64,000 nt of DNA from an uncultured Bacilli bacterium (GTDB taxonomy: Bacteria; Bacillota_I; Bacilli_A; RF39; UBA660), in NCBI GenBank assembly GCA_934155645.1, contig CAKPHC010000007.1, positions 9,475 through 73,474 of the forward strand. Direction: 5' to 3'. Of this stretch, positions 39,171 through 48,193 are shown piece after piece; within the stretch, counting starts at the first letter, position 1, and each line of letters opens with the position of its first letter. Below the pieces are notes generated by a model. That model was not told the DNA's origin and searched no databases. It saw only the letters and a program-made list of their open reading frames with translations. The translations under genes were made by a program, and so were the position numbers.

Positions 39171-40204
39171 AAATCCTCCTTCTTAGATCTAAGTTGTCCA
39201 CATGCAGCACTTATTTTACTGCCAAATTCTCTTCTTATTGTAACCCCTATATTTCTTTTCTTTATTATATCATAAAATTCCAAAATAGTATCTTTTTTAC
39301 TTCTTTTAAATTCAATGTTATTAGTTTCATTATAGGGAATTAAATTGACATAACAATTCATTCCTTTTAGTAGTTCACATAGATTAATTGCATCTTCTTT
39401 AGTATCGTTTACACCTTTTAACATTATATATTCAAAAGTTACTCTCCTGTTGGTCTTAGCAATATACTTCTTTACAGCATCTATTAATACTTCAATTGGA
39501 TAGGCTTTGTTAATTGGCATTATTAAATTTCTTTTTTCATTAGTAGGTGCATGAAGTGATATAGCTAAGTTAACTTGATATGGAAGAGATGCAAATTCTT
39601 GTATTTTAGGTACAAGTCCACAAGTTGATACAGTTATGTGACGAGAGCCTATTTGTAGTCCTTTTGCATGATTAACTATTTCGATAAACTTTACAATATT
39701 ATCGTAGTTATCAAAAGGTTCACCTATTCCCATTATAACAATGTGACTAATTCTATCATTTATTTCTTTTTCTATTTGTAATACTTGTAAAACCATTTCA
39801 CTGGCTTCTAGATTTCGTACTTTTTTTAATCTACCACTTTCACAGAATTTACAACCCATGTTACATCCTACTTGGCTAGATATGCATAAGCTTTTTCCAT
39901 AATCATGCATCATTAATACTGCTTCAATTAGGTTGCCATCTTTAAGTTCAAATAAATATTTATTTACTTCAACATCTTTCTCGGTTTTTTTAATAGTTAA
40001 TTCATCAATACAAAAATCTTCTTTTAGTTTTTCTATAACTTCTTTCTTCAGATTACTCATATCATCAAAGCTAGTAACTCTTTTTTTGTATAACCATTCG
40101 TATACTTGAGAGGCTTTGAATTTTTTTTCGTTTATTGATACAAAATATTCTTCTAAGTCATTGAAACTCTTATTATATATACTTTCCATTATATTCACAT
40201 CCAA
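39167..40204 (-). CDS. rlmN: 23S rRNA/tRNA m2A methyltransferase RlmN (radical SAM)
   Basis: CxxxCxxC radical SAM cluster (CNMGCKFC) and conserved rlmN-prpC-prkC synteny. Confidence 0.85.
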   Translation of the reverse strand: MDVNIMESIYNKSFNDLEEYFVSINEKKFKASQVYEWLYKKRVTSFDDMSNLKKEVIEKLKEDFCIDELTIKKTEKDVEVNKYLFELKDGNLIEAVLMMHDYGKSLCISSQVGCNMGCKFCESGRLKKVRNLEASEMVLQVLQIEKEINDRISHIVIMGIGEPFDNYDNIVKFIEIVNHAKGLQIGSRHITVSTCGLVPKIQEFASLPYQVNLAISLHAPTNEKRNLIMPINKAYPIEVLIDAVKKYIAKTNRRVTFEYIMLKGVNDTKEDAINLCELLKGMNCYVNLIPYNETNNIEFKRSKKDTILEFYDIIKKRNIGVTIRREFGSKISAACGQLRSKKEDL

Positions 40205-40274
40205 GAAAATTATATCATAGCGTAAAAAAAATATATATGAATTTTACACATATACATTTTTTTTACAACGTTTT

Positions 40275-42107
40275 TTACAATTTTTTCCCTTTATAGAATA
40301 TTCTAGTGGCATTTAATACCGTTATTACGGTTACACCAATATCTGCGAATACTGCCATAATGATTGATGATAAGCCAAATGCTCCTAGAGCTAGAACTAC
40401 AAATTTGATTATTAGAGCAAAAATAATATTTTCCCAAACTATTTTGTTTGTGTAATTGCTGATTTTAATGGCTTTAGTTATATTTAATAGGTTATCGTTC
40501 ATTACTACAATATCACTTGCTTCAATTGCGGCATCACTTCCGATACTACCCATTGATATTCCAAGGTCAGAGTTTAATAACACAATAGCGTCATTAATTC
40601 CATCACCAACAAAGCATACTTTACTATCACATCTTAATTCATTAACTACATCTTTCTTATCAATTGGTTTTAATCCAGATTTATACTGACTAATATTAAG
40701 AGTATTACAAACGTCTTTAACGATTGATTCATTATCTCCAGATAAAACAACTATATTATTTTTATTTAAATCTTTCATTTGTTTAAAGAATTCTTTTGCT
40801 TCCGCTTTAATAACATCACCAATTATAATATTTCCTATATATTTATTGTTTTTTACTACATATACGATAGAACCAACATCATTACACTCTTCTACTTTAA
40901 CTTTATTCTTTTTTAAATAATTGTAGTTACCAATTAAGACATCATCATTATCAATTTTTACTTTAATACCACCGTCTTGTTCTTTAAAATCAGTTATCTT
41001 TTTATTATCAATTTTTTTATTGTAATAAGTTTTAATAGAGTTTGCAATTGGATGATTAGAATGATATTCACTATATGCTGCTAGTTTAATTAATTCTTCT
41101 TTAGTTCCTTCTTTAACATTTATCTTTTTAACTTCAAAGTTTCCTTCGGTAATAGTACCTGTCTTATCAAAAACAAAAGTATCTATTTTTGCTAGTTGTT
41201 CTAAGTCACTACTACTTTTAATTAAAACTCCATGACGTGACGCTAGACCTATTCCACAGAAGTATCCTAAAGGTACTGATAATATTAAGGCACATGGACA
41301 TGATGCCACTAAAAAGATTAGTGCTCGATAAAGCCAAGTATTTAATTCTCCATTAAAGAATATTACTGGAACCAAGAAGATTAAAAGTGATGATATTACT
41401 ACAAATGGTGTATATTTACTAGCAAATTTATTAATAAATTTTTGAGTTCTAGATTTTTTTACATCTGACTCTTCGATAACTTTTAATATTCTTGAAGCGG
41501 TTGACTCTTTAAATAAAGTTGTAACTTTTACTTCTATAATTCCATTTAAATTTATATAACCGGAATAAACTTCTTTATCTTTTGATACATCTCTTGGAAT
41601 AGACTCTCCTGTAATACTAGAAGTATCAACACTACTGTTTCCTTTTACAACTATTCCATCTATTGGTACTCTTTCTCCTGGTCTTACTATTATGGTGTCA
41701 CCAATATTTAAATTTTCTGGTTTTATTACTTCTTCTTTACCATCTTTTAATATTGTTGCTTTGTCACTTCTTAAATCAACTAAGTTTTTAATTGAATCTT
41801 TTGATTTATCTATTCCTAAGTCATTAATATATTCACCTATCTCATAGAAAAGCATAACAGCAACACCTTCTTTATATTCTTTAATAAAGAAAGCACCTAT
41901 TGTTGCTAGAGTCATTAAAAAATTTTCTTCGAAAATTTCACCTTTTTTAAAGTTTTCGATAACTCTTATAAATGTTTCATATCCAATTATGATATATGTA
42001 ATTATTAATACTATTAAAGATAGTTTTTCATCTAGAAAGAAACTAATTATATATAGTATTAAGCTGATAATTATGCGAATTAAATCTTTATTAATAAATT
42101 TAAGCAT
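40275..42107 (-). CDS. cadA: Heavy-metal (Cd/Zn-type) P1B-type ATPase without N-terminal HMA domain
   Basis: CPC motif (SCPCAL), DKTGT phosphorylation site and GDGIND. Starts directly with TM helices. Overlaps the cadC-like gene. Confidence 0.8.
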   Translation of the reverse strand: MLKFINKDLIRIIISLILYIISFFLDEKLSLIVLIITYIIIGYETFIRVIENFKKGEIFEENFLMTLATIGAFFIKEYKEGVAVMLFYEIGEYINDLGIDKSKDSIKNLVDLRSDKATILKDGKEEVIKPENLNIGDTIIVRPGERVPIDGIVVKGNSSVDTSSITGESIPRDVSKDKEVYSGYINLNGIIEVKVTTLFKESTASRILKVIEESDVKKSRTQKFINKFASKYTPFVVISSLLIFLVPVIFFNGELNTWLYRALIFLVASCPCALILSVPLGYFCGIGLASRHGVLIKSSSDLEQLAKIDTFVFDKTGTITEGNFEVKKINVKEGTKEELIKLAAYSEYHSNHPIANSIKTYYNKKIDNKKITDFKEQDGGIKVKIDNDDVLIGNYNYLKKNKVKVEECNDVGSIVYVVKNNKYIGNIIIGDVIKAEAKEFFKQMKDLNKNNIVVLSGDNESIVKDVCNTLNISQYKSGLKPIDKKDVVNELRCDSKVCFVGDGINDAIVLLNSDLGISMGSIGSDAAIEASDIVVMNDNLLNITKAIKISNYTNKIVWENIIFALIIKFVVLALGAFGLSSIIMAVFADIGVTVITVLNATRIFYKGKKL

Positions 42108-42465
42108 TTTTCTCCTCCATTATATGTTCTATTCCAATATTTAGTATTACTTCTACGTGACTATCACCTAATGAGTAATACACTTCTTTTCCTTCTTTTC
42201 TAGTTTTAACCAAATCCATATCTCTTAATACTTTTAATTGATGACTTATTGCTGAATGAGTCATATTAAGTAAATTGGATATATCGCATACACAAAGTTC
42301 CTTGTTTAAAAGTGATAAAAGTATCCTTACTCTTGTATCATCTCCAAAAACTTTGAATAATAAAGATAATTTTGAAGAATAGTAATTATCTATCATGTTT
42401 TCTCTTACAAATTCAATGTTATCATTATGAATTTTTTCTTCTTGGCACTCTACTTGATTTTCCAT
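42100..42465 (-). CDS. cadC: ArsR/SmtB-family metalloregulator (CadC-like)
   Basis: HTH with metal-site Cys in CVCDIS and HQLKVL. Precedes cadA. Confidence 0.75.
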   Translation of the reverse strand: MENQVECQEEKIHNDNIEFVRENMIDNYYSSKLSLLFKVFGDDTRVRILLSLLNKELCVCDISNLLNMTHSAISHQLKVLRDMDLVKTRKEGKEVYYSLGDSHVEVILNIGIEHIMEEKNA

Positions 42466-42484
42466 GTATCCTCCTCATATGAAT

Positions 42485-42504
42485 AACTGTTCATATATTA
42501 TATT
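42485..42504. promoter_or_regulatory. Candidate CadC/ArsR operator (ATATGAA-N6-TTCATAT)
   Basis: Imperfect palindrome with TGAA...TTCA half sites about 20 nt upstream of the cadC start. Confidence 0.45.
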
Positions 42505-42579
42505 ATACGCTATCAATAAAAAAATACAATACCAAAAAGATATTGTATTATTAAATATTTCCTATTTACGTAAATATTG

Positions 42580-42912
42580 TTAGAAAGGATTAGCCATTAT
42601 CTTAATAACTAAATCCATATTATCATCATGAGCCATAATGTTTCGCTTTATTGCACCACATTTATTACATTTATAAACGATTTTATATTTTCCCTTTTTA
42701 GCATTTTCTACTCCTATTGGTTCTAGAATACCATGACAAGGCGATAATCTGTCACCTGGGTTAATATCTAAGTGCTTTGATGATAAGCAATAAGGACAAT
42801 GGTCCCTTGCTGTATAACCTAATGGTTCTATTTTTTTACCACATACTTCACATAAAAAACTTTCGTCAATCATTTTAAATCTTTTCTGTTGTTCCATAAT
42901 TACTAACTCCAT
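42580..42912 (-). CDS. RNHCP-domain zinc-ribbon protein
   Basis: RDHCPYCLSSKH and CNKCG motifs. Confidence 0.6.
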   Translation of the reverse strand: MELVIMEQQKRFKMIDESFLCEVCGKKIEPLGYTARDHCPYCLSSKHLDINPGDRLSPCHGILEPIGVENAKKGKYKIVYKCNKCGAIKRNIMAHDDNMDLVIKIMANPF

Positions 42913-42989
42913 AATTCATACTTCTAGTATATAACATATTTTCTTCTCTTCCAACAGTTTTTAAATAGAAAAAAAAGACTTATAGTCTT

Positions 42990-43202
42990 CTACATTTCAA
43001 TGTGACACATTGGTTTTATACATTCATTAACTGTTCGATATTGTACATAAGCAAGTTCTAAATCAACGCATTCATTTTTCAGATACTTTTTTCTTCCAAC
43101 AGCGTAATAAGATGCATCTGGTCTTAATAAATTTTCATGTGTTGAAAAATGCACTATATTAACTTTATTTGCCGTATTTGTGAAAATATTTGAATTGTTC
43201 AT
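42990..43202 (-). CDS. Small hypothetical protein (70 aa from MNNSN)
   Basis: Strong RBS GGAGGTAATA before the second Met and a rho-independent terminator downstream. No recognisable family. Confidence 0.45.
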   Translation of the reverse strand: MNNSNIFTNTANKVNIVHFSTHENLLRPDASYYAVGRKKYLKNECVDLELAYVQYRTVNECIKPMCHIEM

Positions 43203-43309
43203 TATTACCTCCACTTTCTATTATTACAAGTTCCTCTTCCTTGCTTCTATATATTAACAAATAAAGTCGATGATTGTATCTTTTTGTGCTAAAGTGTCTG
43301 TTTTTTTAC

Positions 43310-44587
43310 TTAAATGGAAATAATTATGTCTTGAACAAAGAAATTTTGAAATATTTTAGTCTCTAATTGATATATATCTTTATTCTTTGTTATATTTCTT
43401 ATTATTTCCTTCTTTATATTTTCTTCGGTTGTGGAATATTTAATTTTATTGAGTTGTTTAGGTATCGGTTCATCATCAAAGCTATTGGCAACTGTAATAT
43501 GAATTTTTCCGTTTTCTTCATACATTTGAATACTTACCATTTTTTCTTTGTTATTCTTAGATGACTCAATGGCACTGTCTAGTAAGATTCCCATTATTGT
43601 ATATAAGTCATTAACATCTTCTTTTGATAATTCTTTCATTCTTGCGACCGATGGACTCACTAAAATTTCAGGAGTAATTCCGGCGGTTTTCATTTCGGTC
43701 ATCTTTAAATTAATGAATCCTTTCATCCCTAAAATAGGAATATTATTAAATTCTTTTAGCCACTCAGAAGTAATACTTTCTTTTTCATTAACTAGTTTGT
43801 CGACGTACTGGCTAGCTTCTTTTTTATTCTTACTAAGGAGTTTTTTTATAGTTATTAAGTTGTTTTCCCTTTCTCTTAGAGTACGATGGTATTCTTCCAT
43901 TAAAGTTCCATTTGATTTAGCATAGCTAGATATTTCAACATACATTTTTGAAATCATATCCATTTTATTTTCCTTATCGATAATGGCTCCAGTAATTATA
44001 GTTATTAATACTATGATAACAATATCATATAATAGATTAAAATCACGTTTCATGTATGGCATTCTTATTAAGAACACAGATATTAAAGAGAAATAAATTA
44101 ATGTAAATATAACAAAACTATGGCAAGGTTCATTGTTAACTTTTTTAATAACTTTATTCATTATTCTTTGCATTAATATAAAGATTTCTAATGCGATAAT
44201 GGCAGAACAAACATTAGAATTAAATTTTTCTATTGGCAACAAGTTTGTAGCATATATAACACTCGGATGAAATAATCCAAATGCAATTAATACAATTTCT
44301 ACTAACATACGAATTACGTATATAAACAGTGATACTAATAATGTTTTGGCTAACTTTTGTTTAAAAATAATTTTTTGAAACACAACTACTGACATATAAT
44401 AGAAAAATATAGTAAATAGTGGTGTAAAATTATAAATATTTATTACAAAAGATGTAACATATATTACAAACGCTATTATTATATCGCTGTGATTTAATTT
44501 CTGCTTTGGATAAATGATTTTGCTTTTTAGAAATATAGTTAAAGCAAAAATAGTACCATTAATTATACTTAAAATAAACTGCTGCAT
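43310..44587 (-). CDS. Membrane sensor histidine kinase, AgrC/ComD-like (HPK10)
   Basis: Six or more N-terminal TM helices plus a C-terminal GHKL ATPase domain. Paired with the LytTR regulator. Confidence 0.65.
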   Translation of the reverse strand: MQQFILSIINGTIFALTIFLKSKIIYPKQKLNHSDIIIAFVIYVTSFVINIYNFTPLFTIFFYYMSVVVFQKIIFKQKLAKTLLVSLFIYVIRMLVEIVLIAFGLFHPSVIYATNLLPIEKFNSNVCSAIIALEIFILMQRIMNKVIKKVNNEPCHSFVIFTLIYFSLISVFLIRMPYMKRDFNLLYDIVIIVLITIITGAIIDKENKMDMISKMYVEISSYAKSNGTLMEEYHRTLRERENNLITIKKLLSKNKKEASQYVDKLVNEKESITSEWLKEFNNIPILGMKGFINLKMTEMKTAGITPEILVSPSVARMKELSKEDVNDLYTIMGILLDSAIESSKNNKEKMVSIQMYEENGKIHITVANSFDDEPIPKQLNKIKYSTTEENIKKEIIRNITKNKDIYQLETKIFQNFFVQDIIISI

Positions 44588-44594
44588 GATAAAC

Positions 44595-45320
44595 CTATAA
44601 CCTTTCTTTTAATTCTCTTTTTTTATTTCTAGCAATTAAATCTATTTGTTTATTTGGGAAAAAAATAATATTATTTGCTAAGTCAACACTTGATACATTA
44701 CTTAAGTTAACAATGCAACTTCTATGTGTCTTCATGAATCGTTGGTCATTTGATAACGTTTCTTCTAAATGTTGAATTGTATCTCTTGTAAAGTATTCTC
44801 CATCGTTAGTAACAATCTTACAGTTGTTATTATTTAGGCTTTTTTCAATATACAAAATTTGATTGTATGGTATTTGATATAGTTCGCCATTTAGTGTAAA
44901 AGTTATAGATTTTTGTTTAGTAAAAATACCTACAGCTACCCCCAATGTTTCTCTTAATTCTTTTTCTATATCAGAGTATTTTGATATAAAATCTAACATC
45001 AATAATTTACTTGTATATCCAATATTACTGTATTGTTCATGACTGGTAATAACTATTATTTGACTACTCCAATCACCATTATTTCGTATTTGTCTTGCCA
45101 AATCTAGACCTGATTTACCTGGAACCTCTACATCTAATAGATATATTTTGTTACCATCAATGTTATTTAGTTTCTTCTCTGCCTCTTGGTCATATTTATC
45201 TATTTCTATAATTTTGAAATTATTGTTATTAGCACCAATTAGTTTTAAAATTATTTTTTTGTATCTTTCACGCATTTCTTTGCCATCTTCATATAACACA
45301 AAATTAATCATTATGTACAC
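44595..45320 (-). CDS. LytTR-family response regulator (AgrA-like)
   Basis: Receiver domain (LLDVEVPGKSGLDLA) plus a C-terminal LytTR DNA-binding domain. Confidence 0.7.
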   Translation of the reverse strand: MYIMINFVLYEDGKEMRERYKKIILKLIGANNNNFKIIEIDKYDQEAEKKLNNIDGNKIYLLDVEVPGKSGLDLARQIRNNGDWSSQIIVITSHEQYSNIGYTSKLLMLDFISKYSDIEKELRETLGVAVGIFTKQKSITFTLNGELYQIPYNQILYIEKSLNNNNCKIVTNDGEYFTRDTIQHLEETLSNDQRFMKTHRSCIVNLSNVSSVDLANNIIFFPNKQIDLIARNKKRELKERL

Positions 45321-45451
45321 CTTCGCTTTTCAAAAAAGATTGTATCATAGCATTTTTAAAAAATATGAAAACGTGGCTCAAATGTTAATATTTGGCTGGC
45401 AAATGTATTTTTTGACGAAAAAAAGCACTTTTTGTGCATTTAAGCACAACT

Positions 45452-45480
45452 TTTCAACCAAAAAAAGAACGGCTCACGCT
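45452..45480 (-). terminator. Rho-independent terminator
   Basis: On the minus strand: AAGAACAGCGTGAGCCGTTCTT hairpin followed by TTTTTTT. Confidence 0.5.
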
Positions 45481-45484
45481 GTTC

Positions 45485-45949
45485 TTATTCACAAGTACAT
45501 TTTTTACCTTCGTGGCAACCGCATGTACACTCTTCATCGCAATTTTCTTCTTTATTATCATTGCAACCACAAGTGCATTCGCTTCCGCATTGGCAATTGT
45601 CATCACATGTGCATTCCTTTCCTTCATGACAACCACAAGTGCAGTTTTCATCACATTTTTTATCTTTTTCCATTTCCATAATTTCACCTCCAATTATTTT
45701 TTCTATGTATTTGCTTATTCTTGCAAAATTTTCTTTTTCTAGTTGATATACTACTTTGTTTCCTTTTTTAATTGGCATAACTAATCTAGCATCTGTTAAA
45801 GCTTTCATATGATGCGACAATGTTGGCTGAGTTACGTTCAAATTTTCCAGAATATTGCAACCGCAGACATTGTGTTTTGATAATATTTCTATTATCTTTA
45901 ACCTATTCTCATCAGCTAAAATTTTAAATAATTCAGATAAATTTGTCAT
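45485..45949 (-). CDS. ArsR/SmtB-family regulator fused to a C-terminal Cys-rich metallothionein-like repeat tail
   Basis: N-terminal HTH (LADENRLKIIEIL ... TLSHHMKAL). C-terminal about 60 aa made of three repeats of CTCGC(H/N)(E/D)GK(E/K)CTC containing 20 Cys. Confidence 0.7.
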   Translation of the reverse strand: MTNLSELFKILADENRLKIIEILSKHNVCGCNILENLNVTQPTLSHHMKALTDARLVMPIKKGNKVVYQLEKENFARISKYIEKIIGGEIMEMEKDKKCDENCTCGCHEGKECTCDDNCQCGSECTCGCNDNKEENCDEECTCGCHEGKKCTCE

Positions 45950-45972
45950 AGTTATCCTCTAATCTATATAGA

Positions 45973-45992
45973 TGAACATCTATATACTTATA
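45973..45992. promoter_or_regulatory. Candidate ArsR-type operator: perfect 9-2-9 palindrome ATATAGATG-AA-CATCTATAT
   Basis: Located about 25 nt upstream of the ArsR-metallothionein gene start. Confidence 0.5.
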
Positions 45993-46025
45993 TATTAATA
46001 CTTTTAAGTTTAAAATTCAAGATAT

Positions 46026-46056
46026 AACTAAAAAAAGTTTCTAAATTATAGAAACT
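46026..46056 (-). terminator. Rho-independent terminator
   Basis: AGTTTCTA-loop-TAGAAACT followed by TTTTTTT on the minus strand. Confidence 0.55.
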
Positions 46057-46728
46057 TTACAAAATTTTCTTTTTAACTTTTTGAATTACTTCATCTTTTA
46101 AATGGCTTTTATTCAAGTAATTTGGATGATATGTCCATATTACTCCTTTGTTACTATCTATTAATACTGGATTTTGAACAGTTGGACGATTATCTACTAA
46201 ATCTGAACTAAGATTTTTTAAGACTTCATTTGTTATTGTCAAATAAGGCTTTTTAGGTCCATTTACAAATATTGTATATTCTGGTTTAAAATAATCATGT
46301 AAATAAATTAAATATTTAATACTTATATCTTCTAGTTCTTGAGTCATTTTAGGATTACCGATACTAGTTCTTTTACTAGAGATAATAGTGTTATTCCAAA
46401 TAACATTTTTAGATAACTCTTCTCTTGATATTTCCAAGCAATCTCTAATAAATCTCCAAAAGTCCTTGTTATTAGCGCATCTTTGGGCTAAGAAGTCAAA
46501 GTATTCTTGTTCAACTTTCTCTACATCAGGCATATAATTAATATTTTCATGATTCAACCAGCAATTTGTTTCTTGACCAATATATAAGATTTTTCTATTT
46601 AGTCCATTTATATAATTATCATCTGATGATACTAATAATGGAATTGCCAAATCTTGTGCTTGTATAAAATTATAGCAACGCTTTAACACATATTTATTAC
46701 GCTCTCTTAATTCACTCACAAAACCCAT
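46057..46728 (-). CDS. Hypothetical protein (223 aa)
   Basis: Long ORF with a terminator downstream and no recognisable motif. Confidence 0.4.
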   Translation of the reverse strand: MGFVSELRERNKYVLKRCYNFIQAQDLAIPLLVSSDDNYINGLNRKILYIGQETNCWLNHENINYMPDVEKVEQEYFDFLAQRCANNKDFWRFIRDCLEISREELSKNVIWNNTIISSKRTSIGNPKMTQELEDISIKYLIYLHDYFKPEYTIFVNGPKKPYLTITNEVLKNLSSDLVDNRPTVQNPVLIDSNKGVIWTYHPNYLNKSHLKDEVIQKVKKKIL

Positions 46729-46799
46729 CCCCTTTGAGTTCTGTTATTATACCACAAATGGCTAAAAAAAGCAAAAAAGCCTTTTTCAGGCTTTTATAA

Positions 46800-47687
46800 C
46801 TATTTAGTTCTCCTTTTAATGATATCATCACTTTCTAGCTCGCCAATCAATAGACTTGATTTAGGATTATGATTTTTAAAGTTATTTTTTATCTGTTTTT
46901 CATCATAATTAGCATAACAATATTTACAAAAATGCATACACGAATTATATGCTCCGATATCTACCATTTGAACACAATTACATTTTTTCTCTTTTCTTGC
47001 TGTCCAATTTTTATAAGTTTTACCAGTTAATTTGTATGCTAACTCGTGTGATAGGCACTCTCCTTTAGTAAAACCATATTCCACTAAATTTCTATCTTCA
47101 AAACATGTTTGAACTGTCATATTATGAAGTTTTGCTATTCTACTAAAATTTTCTCCTATTATTTTGTAATCTTCTTCATTAAATTCTCTATAATTTAAAA
47201 CTTTTCTATTATTCCTAACGTTTTTATAATCATCAATAAAAGATACTATTATAGTGTTTACATAGCCATCTAATAAAGAACACAACTTATCAAAGGCTTT
47301 AATATGATAATCAACATTATATTTATTGCTTAGAAATATTGGGTCATATCTTATACATAAATTTTCTTTTCCTATGATATTAGATAATTTTTTAACAGCA
47401 TCTATTATTTCTCTTTTAGATGGTACGTAAGGTTCTATATCTTTATTGTAAGGAGTTACAGTTACATGGAATAGTATTGGTTTATTTATCTTGTTTATTT
47501 TATCTAAAATAGGAATAGGATTTTTTGTACAAAATAGAATTAAATCAACATCTTCAAAATATATTCTGCTAACTAATTTAGGATTAAAAGGGTTTCTTAC
47601 ATCAGCAAAGCCTTCTTCTAATCTATTCATAAACCAATTAGAGTAAAAAGCAATTATATCCGTTCTACCACTTACGTTTAATATCAT
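46800..47687 (-). CDS. Conserved hypothetical protein with Cys-rich C-terminus (DUF1848-like?)
   Basis: Likely start MILNVSGRTD with RBS GAAGGTGA. C-terminal CNC...C..C..C cluster. Confidence 0.45.
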   Translation of the reverse strand: MILNVSGRTDIIAFYSNWFMNRLEEGFADVRNPFNPKLVSRIYFEDVDLILFCTKNPIPILDKINKINKPILFHVTVTPYNKDIEPYVPSKREIIDAVKKLSNIIGKENLCIRYDPIFLSNKYNVDYHIKAFDKLCSLLDGYVNTIIVSFIDDYKNVRNNRKVLNYREFNEEDYKIIGENFSRIAKLHNMTVQTCFEDRNLVEYGFTKGECLSHELAYKLTGKTYKNWTARKEKKCNCVQMVDIGAYNSCMHFCKYCYANYDEKQIKNNFKNHNPKSSLLIGELESDDIIKRRTK

Positions 47688-47740
47688 GATATCACCTTCA
47701 TTTTCTTTTATTTTGATTATTAAAATTTTAATATAAATCA

Positions 47741-47769
47741 TTGTTTTTAAAACAAATGTTTGATATAAT
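47741..47769 (+). promoter_or_regulatory. Promoter of cassette C (extended -10)
   Basis: TTGTTT, 17 nt, then TGaTATAAT. Confidence 0.55.
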
Positions 47770-47832
47770 CTTTTTTAGGAACGTTTGATAAGTTGGGTGG
47801 AGCCGAACTTCAAAAAGAAGGGAGGCGATATT

Positions 47833-47916
47833 ATGAATAAGAAGGACTTTTTAATTCTATCTCTAGTAATAATTATCTTCCTTTTATTATTATTACTATT
47901 TGTAGTATTAATATAA
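47833..47916 (+). CDS. 27-aa hydrophobic peptide MNKKDFLILSLVIIIFLLLLLLFVVLI (type I toxin-like)
   Basis: RBS GAAGGGAGG upstream. A perfect 10-bp hairpin (AATCACCTAA...TTAGGTGATT) follows the stop. Confidence 0.55.
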   Translation: MNKKDFLILSLVIIIFLLLLLLFVVLI

Positions 47917-48082
47917 AAGAAAAATCACCTAACTCAGCAATGATTTAGGTGATTACCCAATTAATAAGGTAACACTCAACACTGCAATATCGAATGTTCC
48001 TCTTTTTATTTTATGCAAACTTTCTTGCTAGATACATAATAACATAAAAACGACTTTTTTACAAGTCGTTTTAAAATCAATT

Positions 48083-48168
48083 TGGTGCCTGAAGTGGGAC
48101 TTGAACCCACACAGTATTGCTACCATCGGATTTTGAGTCCGACGCGTCTACCATTCCACCATTCAGGC
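48083..48168 (-). tRNA. tRNA-Leu (anticodon CAA), CCA encoded
   Basis: The reverse complement folds as a class II tRNA: GCCTGAATGGTGGAATGGTAGACGCGTCGGACTCAAAATCCGATGGTAGCAATACTGTGTGGGTTCAAGTCCCACTTCAGGCACCA, with anticodon loop CTCAAAA. Confidence 0.85.
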
Positions 48169-48193
48169 AAGTACGAATATTATTATACAATAA

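Larger units (their letters stand above)
47740..48060 (+). repeat. Small-peptide cassette copy C (intact), abutting tRNA-Leu
   Basis: Shares the promoter, leader AGGAACGTTTGA, terminator region and AATAACAT box with copies A and B. Confidence 0.6.

Noticed and set aside
42990-43214. The small ORF downstream of the AgrC-like kinase as an AgrD or autoinducing-peptide precursor.
   Set aside because: At 70 aa it is too long. It lacks an amphipathic leader with a C-terminal charged tail and has no double-glycine motif, and no AgrB is present. It is kept as a hypothetical small protein only.
45148-45742. Plus-strand ORFs 45148..45681 and 45434..45742, and minus ORF 45454..45693.
   Set aside because: They are antisense or alternative-frame artefacts of the LytTR regulator gene and of the repetitive Cys-codon (TGT/TGC/GCA) region of the ArsR-metallothionein gene. 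They have no RBS and low-complexity translations.
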